Below are positions 10,687-20,842 of a DNA stretch of 64,000 nt, one piece after another. A program made the translations under genes and the position numbers. The notes under the pieces are model-generated. The model saw nothing but the letters and a program-made list of their open reading frames with translations, ran no database searches and was not told the DNA's origin. Source of the stretch: an uncultured candidate division Zixibacteria bacterium (lineage in GTDB: Bacteria; Zixibacteria; MSB-5A5; UBA10806); assembly GCA_963801605.1 (NCBI GenBank), contig CAWDFP010000006.1:1696001-1760000 (forward strand). Direction: 5' to 3'. How positions within the stretch are numbered: the stretch's first letter is position 1; every line of letters starts with the position of its first letter.

Positions 10687-13611
10687 ATGGCTCGAAAATT
10701 AGTAAAAGAAGTATTCATGACGTTCCCCGCAGCGGAGGATCAGCTTGAGGATATCCGCAGCAGTGTGCGAAATGTGCTTTCCGAGGGTGACCTTTCTGAT
10801 AAGGCTGCCAACGGCGTACTTTTGGCTATCGAGGAAGCCTGTACTAACGTTATCCGACACGCTTACCTGTATGGACCGGGTGTTATCAGGATTAAGGTTA
10901 AGCTTTATCAAGATAGAGTAATTTTTTCCATATTTGATCGCGGGCGCAAATTCGATTTCGATCATTCCGAGGTGCCCGATCTGGATCGTTATATTCGCAC
11001 CGGCCGCAAGGGTGGCCTGGGCCTTTACCTCATCCGCAAGATGATGGATTCGGTGGAGTACTATTCCCGCGATGGCGAAAACGAGCTTCGCATGGAAAAA
11101 CGCTCCGACCGGGCAACTGCCCGCGCCATTCGGCCTCGAGGTATTTCAATTCGTGTTAAATTTGCATTATGGGCATCGTTAGTTGTTTTCGCCATAGTAG
11201 CAGGAGTATATCTCTATTTCCAAAATCAGGTGCGATTAAATGCCGAGCAACGCTTTTTCTCGGGCGCCGATAATAGTATCAATTCCTTTGTCTCCGATAT
11301 TGGCGATAAAACCGTCTTGAGAGACCCCGATCTCATGCGATCCGCCGATACCTGGCTGCGCTCCAACACCGATTTTTCCTATGTCATCGTAACTGATACC
11401 GCCAATATTATTATCGCTAATCCTCTTGCTTCCAGGGATTTTCTGACGGAATATTTCCCTAAACCGGAGGGAGAATATAATATCAAATTCGCCCAGGGCG
11501 ATTCCGCCGGGCAAAAGGAATTTAATTTCAAATTGCCGGTTAAACTTCGCGATCAAGTGGTGGGATATGCATATTTCGGCCTGATGGAACGGCCTTTGCT
11601 TTCGGATATTAGCCAGGCGCGCCGGAATCTTTTTATAATCAGCTTTCTCGGTTTGGTGATCGGTTTTGTAGCGGTATTTGCGCTTTCGAATTATTTCGTA
11701 AAGCCGATTCAAAAGCTCACCGAAGGAGTTAAGCGGATTGGTGAGGGCAATCTCGATCAAACCCTGCCTATCGAAGGCGCTGACGAGTTTTCCGATATTG
11801 CCAGAGCTTTCAACGAGATGACCACCAAGTTTAAAAAGGCCCAGGAAAATGTCGTTGAACAGGAACGCATGCAAAAAGAAATGCAGGTCGCCCAGGAGAT
11901 TCAGCACGCTCTCCTTCCGCGCCGTTTCCCCGATATTGAGGGGTACGATATCTCTACGGTCTACCGCGCCGCTAAGGATGTGGGCGGTGACTATTTCGAT
12001 TTTGTACAGATCGATGAGGATATCTTAGGTATCATCGTGGCCGATGTTTCCGGAAAGGGCGTACCCGGCTCACTGGTCATGACCATGATCCGCACCGCCC
12101 TGCGGCTCGAAGCCAGGGAAAATTATTCGCCAACCGATATCCTGGCGAAAGTCAACCGATTCGTCACCGATGACGTCAAACGCGGCATGTTTATTACTAT
12201 CTTCTTTATCACTCTCGATTCCGCCAAACGAACTATCTCATTCGCCTCGGCCGGCCATAATCCGATGATCCTCTACCGTAAGGATTCCGATTCCTGTTAC
12301 TTCCTCAATACTCGCGGTATGCCGCTGGGAATAGCGCTTCCCGAAGGAGTTAGTTTCGAGGATTCGCTGGAGTTCGATCGCGTCAAACTTAAAAAAGACG
12401 ATATGCTCGTTCTCTACACCGACGGTATCACTGAGGCTATGAACAAAGCCGGAGAGCTTTTCGGAAACGACAGGCTGATCCAATTCATCAAATCTCATTC
12501 TGAATTAGCCCCCGAGGAATTTACAAAAAAGCTCGATGCCGAATTGCATAAATTCACCGGCGGCGCCCCTCAGGGTGATGATATCACCCTGGTTGTGATT
12601 AAAGAGAAGATGATGCTTGATGAGTTAGTTTTCGAAAAACGAAAACGGCTTATCGAGATGGTTGAAAACGAGGGTGTGCCCCTGGAGCAGGCTTGCGAAC
12701 AGATGGGAATTTCGCCGTCTACTTATTATAAATATCGCCGTCGCTGGCTGAAGCTTGGGGATGTCGGTCTTCTCAATAAAAAGTTGCGCGCCGATTCGAT
12801 TATCAGGCAAATTCCTTATGAGGTTCGAAAAGAGATCTTAAAACTGGTGCGGGAAAATCCCGATCTCGGTACCAAGCGTATCCTGGATGAACTCAATAGC
12901 AGAGGGATTATCGATATTGATCAGCGCGGGATATATGAAGAGATGATTCGCCTCCGGCTTAACACCAGAAAAATGCGTTTGGAATATGTCGAGAGAGTCG
13001 GCGGCCTGACGCCCGAGATGAGCGCCGAACTTGAAAAAGAGCTTCTAAAGGACAACGGTAAAAAAGAAGAGGTCGACCGCGGCGAATATCTGGAGATCAT
13101 CAAGAAAAGCCTTGAATCAAAAAAGGGGCAGTTAAGTCCTGCGGCCAGGGAATTGGTTGAGAAGCTTCAGAAAATGGAGCCGGTTTTAGGGGATACCATC
13201 CTTTACGGCGAAATTGCAGCCGAACTAACCAAGCTGCGGGACGGCGAAGATATTGCCAGGCTATTTGAAAGTATTATTCTCAAAATGGCCAATATGACCA
13301 AAGAAAAGGCAGAAAACGAAGCAGCGGCTGCGCAGATCGCGGAGCGTCAGGAACAAGCTCCGCATGCCCCCACTGTCAAAGCTAATGGTATAATTGCCGC
13401 GTTGAATTCCGAGGCAATCCCAACGGAAACTGAACCTGAACAAGGATCGTCTGAATCTACAGTAGATTTATCCGAATTAAGCAAGGAAATTTCGCCGATA
13501 AATATAGTAGACTCAGCCTTAAAGATTGAGAACGAAAACGAAGGGGAGGCGCCAGGGTTCGACTGGGAGGAATATTCGCGCAAGCTTTCTGAGAAACACA
13601 AATCGAAATGA
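10687..13611 (+). CDS. Membrane-anchored RsbW-like kinase / extracytoplasmic sensor / HAMP / SpoIIE (PP2C) phosphatase / tandem HTH fusion
   Basis: HATPase_c_2 motifs EEACTNVIRHAY and GGLGLYLI, two TM helices and a HAMP domain. PP2C motifs VGGDYFD, ADVSGKG, YTDGITEA and DDIT are intact. C-terminal 'ACEQMGISPSTYYKYRRRW' HTH is followed by a second HTH and an acidic tail. Confidence 0.9.
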   Translation: MARKLVKEVFMTFPAAEDQLEDIRSSVRNVLSEGDLSDKAANGVLLAIEEACTNVIRHAYLYGPGVIRIKVKLYQDRVIFSIFDRGRKFDFDHSEVPDLDRYIRTGRKGGLGLYLIRKMMDSVEYYSRDGENELRMEKRSDRATARAIRPRGISIRVKFALWASLVVFAIVAGVYLYFQNQVRLNAEQRFFSGADNSINSFVSDIGDKTVLRDPDLMRSADTWLRSNTDFSYVIVTDTANIIIANPLASRDFLTEYFPKPEGEYNIKFAQGDSAGQKEFNFKLPVKLRDQVVGYAYFGLMERPLLSDISQARRNLFIISFLGLVIGFVAVFALSNYFVKPIQKLTEGVKRIGEGNLDQTLPIEGADEFSDIARAFNEMTTKFKKAQENVVEQERMQKEMQVAQEIQHALLPRRFPDIEGYDISTVYRAAKDVGGDYFDFVQIDEDILGIIVADVSGKGVPGSLVMTMIRTALRLEARENYSPTDILAKVNRFVTDDVKRGMFITIFFITLDSAKRTISFASAGHNPMILYRKDSDSCYFLNTRGMPLGIALPEGVSFEDSLEFDRVKLKKDDMLVLYTDGITEAMNKAGELFGNDRLIQFIKSHSELAPEEFTKKLDAELHKFTGGAPQGDDITLVVIKEKMMLDELVFEKRKRLIEMVENEGVPLEQACEQMGISPSTYYKYRRRWLKLGDVGLLNKKLRADSIIRQIPYEVRKEILKLVRENPDLGTKRILDELNSRGIIDIDQRGIYEEMIRLRLNTRKMRLEYVERVGGLTPEMSAELEKELLKDNGKKEEVDRGEYLEIIKKSLESKKGQLSPAARELVEKLQKMEPVLGDTILYGEIAAELTKLRDGEDIARLFESIILKMANMTKEKAENEAAAAQIAERQEQAPHAPTVKANGIIAALNSEAIPTETEPEQGSSESTVDLSELSKEISPINIVDSALKIENENEGEAPGFDWEEYSRKLSEKHKSK

Positions 13612-14351
13612 TCAAATTAGCCATCTTGACAGCCAAAGGCGGTACCGGGAAAACCACAACGGCCATCAATCTGGGCCACGGTTTGGCGCTATCCGGAAGG
13701 CGTGTGCTGATTATTGATTGTGATCCTCAAGGCTCGGCCTCAGCCGCTTTTGGAATCAATGGCGAACACGGATTGGCAGATCTTCTCCTGGACGGAAAAG
13801 TCGATATATTCCAGGTTCGGCCCCATCTTTATTTGGTACCATCAGGACGAAAACGTTTGGCGGAACTCGAAATCAAACTGGCGGCCCGTCCGGATCGCCT
13901 GGAACGTCTAAAAATTGCGCTTGCCAGGCTTTCCGGCTGCGATTGGGTTATTTTGGATTGCTCTCCATCAATAAATGTAGTAAATTTGAATGCCTTAGGT
14001 TTTGCCGATAAACTTTTAATACCCTCCTCACTTGATTACTTTTCTCTGGAGGGTGTAAAGTCGACCATGGAGTTGACCGTCGAATTGGCGGCAAATGGAG
14101 CAGGGAAGCTTGAAATATTGGGGGTTTTGCCGACATTTTACGATAAGAGGACAAGCGTTTCGCGTATGGCGCTTGAGACCCTTAGAAACACTTATGGCAA
14201 AATGGTATTTGATACCGAAATCAGGCTTAATACCGAGATTAAAAAGTCGCAGTGGTATAAAAAAACGGTTTTTGAGTTCGCTCCCTATTCACATGGGGCT
14301 TACGATTACTATAAATTGGCAAAGGAAGTCCTGGAAAGGATACAGGTTTGA
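13608..14351 (+). CDS. ParA/Soj-family ATPase (orphan, no adjacent parB)
   Basis: Deviant Walker A KGGTGKTTT, DCDPQG and DCSPS. Start overlaps the upstream stop (ATGA). Confidence 0.92.
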   Translation: MIKLAILTAKGGTGKTTTAINLGHGLALSGRRVLIIDCDPQGSASAAFGINGEHGLADLLLDGKVDIFQVRPHLYLVPSGRKRLAELEIKLAARPDRLERLKIALARLSGCDWVILDCSPSINVVNLNALGFADKLLIPSSLDYFSLEGVKSTMELTVELAANGAGKLEILGVLPTFYDKRTSVSRMALETLRNTYGKMVFDTEIRLNTEIKKSQWYKKTVFEFAPYSHGAYDYYKLAKEVLERIQV

Positions 14352-14357
14352 GGGGAT

Positions 14358-15071
14358 ATGAGCGATATTAAAATCTCTCTCGACAGTTCGGGGCCAAAAG
14401 GCGAAATCTCCATCGTCCGCGTCGACGGCGTCATCGATACCATGACCGCTACCGATTTGGAAAAGGTAATGAATTCCCTTCTAGAACGACGCCGTTATAA
14501 CGTAATTATCGATCTTGGCGGAGTCGACTACATCTCATCCGCCGGATGGGGTATTTTTATTTCCAATATCAGGGAGATTCGTCAGCATTCCGGCGATATC
14601 AAACTGGCCAGAATGATTCCCAATGTATATGAAATTTTCGAGTTATTGGAATTTGATAGTATTCTCAAAGCTTTCGATAGCGTCGAAAAGGCCAAGACCG
14701 ATTTCGATGGCATTAAAAAAGCGGTATCTGATGACGAAAGCAAAGAAGCCGTGCCTCAGGCCACAACCAAGATGGAGACTAAGATTGTCAAACCGGATAC
14801 CTCCGGCGTTCCTCAAACTACGAAGCCGATAGATCCCCAGCCCACAGCCAAAACCGAATTTCCTGTTAAGCTTGAGCCGCATGATGTGGTTATCGAGATG
14901 ATTTCCAAGGATCCCTTTCTAACTATTTCCGAAATCAAAAGCGAAATTGCCAAAAAACATCCCGAATTGAGGGTTGGCTGGTGGAAAATCTGGGGGATAT
15001 TGAAGCGCGAGAAACTTCTTGGCAGGAAAAATCGGTTTCGTAAAGCCCGGCTTAAATCCGGAGGCAATTGA
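14358..15071 (+). CDS. STAS anti-sigma-factor antagonist with C-terminal HTH-like domain
   Basis: STAS motifs 'G.ID..TA..LE', 'DLGGVDYISSAGWG' (phospho-Ser) and 'VYEIFELLEF'. A P/T/K linker leads to a basic helical domain. Confidence 0.9.
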   Translation: MSDIKISLDSSGPKGEISIVRVDGVIDTMTATDLEKVMNSLLERRRYNVIIDLGGVDYISSAGWGIFISNIREIRQHSGDIKLARMIPNVYEIFELLEFDSILKAFDSVEKAKTDFDGIKKAVSDDESKEAVPQATTKMETKIVKPDTSGVPQTTKPIDPQPTAKTEFPVKLEPHDVVIEMISKDPFLTISEIKSEIAKKHPELRVGWWKIWGILKREKLLGRKNRFRKARLKSGGN

Positions 15072-15075
15072 AAAC

Positions 15076-16917
15076 ATGTCCAATTCCAGGCTCTGGCTTA
15101 TAATTTTTTCCCTATTCTTCTTTTGCCTTTTGGCATTCGGGGTGGCGATTGTCTTAAAAACAGCCTGGATCACCGCTTTAGTAGTCGTACTCGTTTTAGC
15201 GATCTCGGCCGTTTTAATAATTTCCTTCAATAAAACTTCGCGGGATTTAGCAATTCTATCGAAAATTACCCAGCCTGTAAAATCTACAGAGAACATTTTA
15301 GCCTTTAGGCTTTTAGCCGAACTTGACCTCTCCGCTATCGAGAAAAAATCGCCGGCCTTGAAAGCCGCTGAATTAATAAGGGAGAAATTCCAGCTTGAAA
15401 GTTTCGCCATATTCTTCCGTGAGGAAGATAAATATATCCCCAAGATTTACTCCGGAATAAACAGGATCGGCCTCGCTGCGCCGCCAATCCAAAAGCTAAG
15501 CCCCGCAATGAAAAGCAATATCAATATTGGGGCTTTGTCCAGTGATGAGAGTGATATCCTGACAGCATTCAAACGCGATGGAGTTAATATCGCTTCCTCG
15601 ATGATAGCCTTCGCTTATTCCTGGAGCCGGATGCACTCGGTTTATCTGATTGCCGACGATTCTCTCGGACGATTTTCCGAATCGCTGCGAGACTCTGAAT
15701 TCAACCGCATTTTCTGGCCCGGTCTGGATAATGAATTAAGGCAAAATCAAAAATTTCTGGAAAGAGGGCAGGAGGTTCGTGAACTTGGCCGCCAGTTGGA
15801 TCAAGCCAAAAAGGACATTGGCGATTTAAACAGGGAGCTTAAAAATAAGCTTTTGGATCTCAGGGCTTTCGTAAATATATCCAGCGATCTCTATTCGCTT
15901 TTCAGTGAAGAAGAGCTGCTTTCCAGGCTCAAACAGATAGTATGTGAAAAGCTTGGCGCCGCTTCAGCCGAAATCCTGGTACCTTCCGGTGATAGCCGTT
16001 TCATTCCCCACGCTGCCGGTGATGCCGGTCAGGCTGCTATGGACCTGTCATTGGATTCCGAATCGGAATTGGCAGAACTTATTTCAAAATCGCCTCGCCC
16101 CGTGTTACTGCCGTTGGCCGGGTCAGGTTTTAAGCGCAACGAACCTTTCCTTCGAGCAGCCCTGACTTTGAATTTTCAGATAGCCTCGGCGATCAGAACC
16201 TCCGGGCATACGGCTTGTGTACTGATGGTTTCTCAGAAAAAAGATAAGACTCAGTTTACCAATCTCGATCTCGATGTTTTATATATAATTACCAATATTG
16301 CATCACTGGCGCTCGACAATATCCATCAATATTCAACAATAGAAAAATTATCTTATACCGATAGCATGACGGGGATTTATAACTACCGATACTTTTACAA
16401 ACGTCTTAACGAAGAAATTTTGCGCGCCAAACGTTACGACCGTGAACTGGCGCTGGTCATTCTCGACATCGATAATTTTAAATCCTTTAATGATAATTTC
16501 GGTCACCAGGCCGGAGATCTGGTACTAAAGCAATTGTCTGATTTGATTACCAAAACTATTCGTTCAATCGATGTGGTCAGCCGATATGGAGGCGAAGAAT
16601 TCTGTATTATCATGCCGGATACCGGTATCGGCCATTGCCAAATATTTATAGAAAGGCTTCGTTCTCAAATTGCGGATTTTAAGTTTGAATCGAATCTTTT
16701 CCAAAAAGGCGGCAGTATATCGGTGTCGGTGGGAGGGGCGGTCTACCCGCAGCACGCTCCCATGCCCGATCGGCTCATTTACTGCTCCGATATGGCGCTT
16801 CTCAAGGCTAAGGCGTTGGGACGAAATCGGGCTGTGATGTATGAAGCGGATATTTCCTTTGAGTCAAAATCCACGGAAGGGGGATTTAATGGAAGCCGTC
16901 AAGAATCGATGCTATGA
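15076..16917 (+). CDS. Membrane-anchored GAF-GGDEF diguanylate cyclase
   Basis: Two N-terminal TM helices, a coiled coil and a GAF-like domain. TDSMTG, DIDNFK.FND.FGH.AGD, RSID I-site and RYGGEEF active site are present. Confidence 0.92.
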   Translation: MSNSRLWLIIFSLFFFCLLAFGVAIVLKTAWITALVVVLVLAISAVLIISFNKTSRDLAILSKITQPVKSTENILAFRLLAELDLSAIEKKSPALKAAELIREKFQLESFAIFFREEDKYIPKIYSGINRIGLAAPPIQKLSPAMKSNINIGALSSDESDILTAFKRDGVNIASSMIAFAYSWSRMHSVYLIADDSLGRFSESLRDSEFNRIFWPGLDNELRQNQKFLERGQEVRELGRQLDQAKKDIGDLNRELKNKLLDLRAFVNISSDLYSLFSEEELLSRLKQIVCEKLGAASAEILVPSGDSRFIPHAAGDAGQAAMDLSLDSESELAELISKSPRPVLLPLAGSGFKRNEPFLRAALTLNFQIASAIRTSGHTACVLMVSQKKDKTQFTNLDLDVLYIITNIASLALDNIHQYSTIEKLSYTDSMTGIYNYRYFYKRLNEEILRAKRYDRELALVILDIDNFKSFNDNFGHQAGDLVLKQLSDLITKTIRSIDVVSRYGGEEFCIIMPDTGIGHCQIFIERLRSQIADFKFESNLFQKGGSISVSVGGAVYPQHAPMPDRLIYCSDMALLKAKALGRNRAVMYEADISFESKSTEGGFNGSRQESML

Positions 16918-17971
16918 AGCGATCTTGATTAAAATTGCATTAGCGCTATTTGGGCTGATTTTTATAGGGCAGTTTTGTGCTTTAGCGAGCGCCTCTGCTC
17001 AGGATACCGCCGGCAAACAAGCCCAGGCTAATGATCAAACCGTAAATCAGCCTCAAACCGGTCAGGAATCTTATGTTATCGGTAACCTCGATATGCTGTC
17101 GGTAGCATTCTGGCAGCAACCGGATCTCAACCGCGATGTTCGAGTTGATGAGAACGGGATGATAAGTTTGCCGGTTATCGGCGATATCAAAGCTGCCGGT
17201 TTGACGCCTAACGAGCTTTCCAAAAAAATCGTGCAGCAAATGAGTATCTACAACACTCCAGTCTCACAGGCAACGGTTAATGTCACCGAGTTTAACTCCC
17301 GAAGCGTGGTGGTCGCCGGTCGGGTTCTCACTCCGGGCAGCCGCCGATATGAAAAGATACCCGACGTTTGGCAGGTCATTCTTGACGCCGGCGGACCTAT
17401 GTCCGATGCCGACCTTTCACGCGTGACTATTGTCAGGAAAGAGGGCGAGAAATCTAACGTTATCAATGTAGATATATATAAGATCATTCAGTCGGGCGAC
17501 CTTGCTAAAGCTCCTCAGCTTCAGCCGGGAGACCTGGTCAACGTTCCCATATCCAGTTATGGCACGAATATAAGCATGTCCCTACCCACTCAACCCAGAT
17601 TTGAAGGCAGAAATATATTTTTCGTCTTTGGACAGGTTGTCGAACAGGGTCCGCGGAACCTTGAAGAGGGAATGGATGTTTTGGACGGGATTGCGCTTGC
17701 CAGAGGGTATACTCCTGATGCCGATCTCAAGCACGTTAAAGTTATAATGAAGGACGCTAAATATTCTAATGTCATAAAGCTGAATTTGGAAAAGTATATG
17801 TCAAGCGGTCAGCCTCCCAGAATAATGCTTCATCCGGAGGATACCATAATTGTGCCCACCCGAAGCAGTTTCTTCACAACCGCCATGTCGCATCTGAATA
17901 CTATTCTGCCTGCACTGGGCACTACGGCGACCCTGGTACTTGTGATAAGAGAAATTCAAAGGAATCCCTGA
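16889..17971 (+). CDS. Polysaccharide export protein (Wza/OPX-like, Poly_export plus SLBB repeats)
   Basis: 'YVIG..D.L.V.FWQQPDL...VRVDENG.ISLP.IG.IKAAGLTP.EL' motif, SLBB repeats and a C-terminal amphipathic helix. Confidence 0.9.
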   Translation: MEAVKNRCYEAILIKIALALFGLIFIGQFCALASASAQDTAGKQAQANDQTVNQPQTGQESYVIGNLDMLSVAFWQQPDLNRDVRVDENGMISLPVIGDIKAAGLTPNELSKKIVQQMSIYNTPVSQATVNVTEFNSRSVVVAGRVLTPGSRRYEKIPDVWQVILDAGGPMSDADLSRVTIVRKEGEKSNVINVDIYKIIQSGDLAKAPQLQPGDLVNVPISSYGTNISMSLPTQPRFEGRNIFFVFGQVVEQGPRNLEEGMDVLDGIALARGYTPDADLKHVKVIMKDAKYSNVIKLNLEKYMSSGQPPRIMLHPEDTIIVPTRSSFFTTAMSHLNTILPALGTTATLVLVIREIQRNP

Positions 17972-18131
17972 TGAACCTGGCTTATGGTTTTGAACGGTTG
18001 GGCATTGAATTTTCCAGCGAACAAAAACCATAATTACCGTCTAAAATGAAATAGCGGGCTTGCGAAAGTTAGAATATTAATATATACATTTTGATGTATC
18101 AGGATAATTATTAAATCTCGAAGGTAGTGCT

Positions 18132-19718
18132 TTGGAAAACGAAAAATCGCAAATAGATTTAAGAAGTTACTGGGCTATTCTGGGAAGGCGCAAAGCGCTT
18201 CTGATCTTGCCGCTTATGATTGTGCCCCTGGTCGCATTCATCATAACTTATTTTATGAAACCGACCTATGTTTCAACCGTGTCCATTCTGATTGGCGATA
18301 CTATGGTTTTACCTACTCCAGTTCAACAGGATGTACAGGGTCGAAACGGCGGATACGATTATCGAAGCGCCCAGGAATTGCAGAGTTCTTATCTAAATCA
18401 GATCACATCGACGAAATACCTGAAACGCCTTATTGCCGTTCTTAATATCCCGATCTCGGAAGAAGTTAAGCGCATGGTCGCTTTAACCAAGGCCAATTAC
18501 CCCGATGTTACTGAAAGCGATCTGGCTGAAAATATCCTTTCCGACCAGCTTCGCAAAAGGGTCATGGTCTCGATGAGATCCAACAACCTTATCGATCTCT
18601 CGGTTGTATCCATAGATCCGATCAGCGCACGGAAAATGGCGGCGGCCCTGGCAGATATCTTCATTGAAGAGAACCTGGCATCCGAACTGGCCGGGATTCG
18701 CTCCAGTATTTCCTTCTCAGAAGATCAACTGGCATTTTATAAAGATAAACTTAAAGAAGCCGAGGATAAGCTTCGCGACTTCAGGCAGGGCATCTTATCA
18801 TCATCGTTCGGCCAGGATACCAGCTCGATCAATCTCAGGGAGATTGCCTCTGCGGTTCAGACGCTGGATATAGAAATATCCAATGAACAGGAACAGCAGG
18901 CCGGCCTGCGTTCAGCGCTGGATCAGGAAAGCGTCGATGTTTCCGCATTTACACTGCCTCCCGGAGTCAGCACTCTCAGGGATAGACTGCTTGGTAATGT
19001 CAACCAGCTTGCTAATCTTCTTACAAGTTATTCCTGGCGAGATGCCAAGGTTGTGAGTCTTAATGAGGAGTCCCGCGGCCTTATCACTGATATTACCACT
19101 CAGATTCGTACCTGGGCGGAGCAAAAATATGCCGCATCACCTGCTAATGTACGAGAGACTATCATCGAATATCTCGCCGGTAATATTGTCACCGATTTTA
19201 ATCATGCCAAGCGCGCCAGCCTCGATTCATATATAGGGAAAACCAAAACGAAGCTTGGCGAGGACCCGGGAACCGAAATTACCTTGCAAAGACTTCAAAG
19301 CGAGGTCGACAGTTATAAGAGATTCTATGACCTCTTCGTTTCTCATTCCCAGAATGCTGCTATCAACCAATCGGCCATAAAAGTTGAGGCCGAGGCTAAA
19401 TATACCATCATCAGGCCGGCTTCTCTGCCCCTGGCGCCTGATTCGCCAAATAGATTTCGGATTTTTGGCATGGGTATCGCCTTAGGCCTGGTATTGGGAT
19501 TTGGCGCTATTCTGACTGTCGAGCTTCTTGATGATTCCTTTAAGAAAATTGAAGATGTGACCCACTACTTGAAACTGCCCGTCATCGGAACCATCCCAAG
19601 AATGGAGCTTCCCTTTGGCAACTCCTCGAAAAAAAGATTTCCGATAATAATTGGCTTGGGCATCAGCATGGTGCTCATCATGATTATAGTATTCTTACAT
19701 TTTAAGAAGAACGGATAA
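18132..19718 (+). CDS. Polysaccharide co-polymerase (Wzz/Wzc N-terminal, GumC-like)
   Basis: 'IDLRSYW.IL.RRK', TM, long coiled coil, 'PASLP.APDSPN', TM and 'E.LDDSF...EDV...L.LPVIGTIP'. Confidence 0.88.
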   Translation: MENEKSQIDLRSYWAILGRRKALLILPLMIVPLVAFIITYFMKPTYVSTVSILIGDTMVLPTPVQQDVQGRNGGYDYRSAQELQSSYLNQITSTKYLKRLIAVLNIPISEEVKRMVALTKANYPDVTESDLAENILSDQLRKRVMVSMRSNNLIDLSVVSIDPISARKMAAALADIFIEENLASELAGIRSSISFSEDQLAFYKDKLKEAEDKLRDFRQGILSSSFGQDTSSINLREIASAVQTLDIEISNEQEQQAGLRSALDQESVDVSAFTLPPGVSTLRDRLLGNVNQLANLLTSYSWRDAKVVSLNEESRGLITDITTQIRTWAEQKYAASPANVRETIIEYLAGNIVTDFNHAKRASLDSYIGKTKTKLGEDPGTEITLQRLQSEVDSYKRFYDLFVSHSQNAAINQSAIKVEAEAKYTIIRPASLPLAPDSPNRFRIFGMGIALGLVLGFGAILTVELLDDSFKKIEDVTHYLKLPVIGTIPRMELPFGNSSKKRFPIIIGLGISMVLIMIIVFLHFKKNG

Positions 19719-19723
19719 TAATT

Positions 19724-20842
19724 ATGCCTCCGATTGGATTTACGGATAAGTTCAGACGTTTGGATCGCGAATACCTGATGCAAACATCGGTAAGTGAAGC
19801 TCGCAAGGCGATCGTTTGTTCGCTTTTTCACTCGGGTTTGCTGATTAACTCCCGGACTTTTCCATTGCCGCCCAATCTCGAAGGCGACGCTTTATTGGAA
19901 AAAGTGGCCAAACATCATGAGCATTGCCTTTCGGATATCAACTCCCTGTTGGGTCTTGTGGAGCGCATGAAAGAACTCGATAAGCCGGAGATCATTGAAA
20001 AACTGGGACGAACTCTCTGTTCGCATGAACTATACGATGAGGGATGCAGCCTGTTGGATTACGCTGTTCAAAAGTACCCCGAATCTCCCGGACTACGGTT
20101 TGCGTTGGGACGGATTTGTCTGGCTAAGGGAAAATTCGAAGAGGCCTGTGAGCAGCTATCGCGGGCGGTGGAGTTGGCGCCAGTATATCCCGATTACCGT
20201 AATCTTCTCGGCGTTGCTTTTCTTAAGACCAATAAACCGGTAGCAGCCATAGACGAATTCCGTAAAGCTGTGGAAATCAATATTTATTATGATGAAGCAT
20301 ATTTCAACCTGGGCCTTGGATATATATTGAATGGGATTGTCAAAGAAGATTTCAATCTGGCAAAAAATCTTCTGCACAACTGTCAGGAAACATTTCAAAA
20401 AGCTGCTCTATTTAATCCCGCCTTTGGCACTGAGGAATATGAAAAAGGCATGGCGCTTTTAAGTGAGGGTCAACTGGAACCAGCTTATGAAATTCTTGGC
20501 AACGTTGGCAGGGACGCTGTCAATCATCGCGCCGACGAAAAGCTGCTTGAAATGTATATGCGCTATATTTACGGGCAACCGGGGTTAACCGAAGCCGGGA
20601 TAAAGCAATATCTCGAGGAAGTAAGCGAGCTTCTCAAATCCAATCCGGGGCATGCCGATCTGCACAACGAACTTGGTATGGCTTATATGATAATGAGCAA
20701 ATTCCTGAACAATAAAGCAATGGAGCACTTCCAGGAGGCATTGAGGATTAATCCCAATTTCCTCAAGGCCGCCAGGAATCTCAAGCTTTCTCAGAATGAT
20801 CTGAAAGGCTTTGAGGTCCTGCTGGACGCGATTATCAGATGA
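19724..20842 (+). CDS. Cytoplasmic TPR protein
   Basis: TPR motifs (YPDYRNLLG, HADLHNELG, ALRINPNF). No signal peptide. Confidence 0.8.
   Translation: MPPIGFTDKFRRLDREYLMQTSVSEARKAIVCSLFHSGLLINSRTFPLPPNLEGDALLEKVAKHHEHCLSDINSLLGLVERMKELDKPEIIEKLGRTLCSHELYDEGCSLLDYAVQKYPESPGLRFALGRICLAKGKFEEACEQLSRAVELAPVYPDYRNLLGVAFLKTNKPVAAIDEFRKAVEINIYYDEAYFNLGLGYILNGIVKEDFNLAKNLLHNCQETFQKAALFNPAFGTEEYEKGMALLSEGQLEPAYEILGNVGRDAVNHRADEKLLEMYMRYIYGQPGLTEAGIKQYLEEVSELLKSNPGHADLHNELGMAYMIMSKFLNNKAMEHFQEALRINPNFLKAARNLKLSQNDLKGFEVLLDAIIR

Noticed and set aside
11236..11907. Long antisense ORFs (for example 223 aa here, 182 aa at 31682-32230, 171 aa at 22163-22678)
   Set aside because: They lie fully opposite well-supported genes and have no recognisable motifs, so they are treated as codon-bias shadows.
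12625..13100. IS481/IS630 insertion sequence inside the SpoIIE gene
   Set aside because: Only the HTH region resembles a transposase. It is in frame, and I see no DDE domain, terminal inverted repeats or target duplication.
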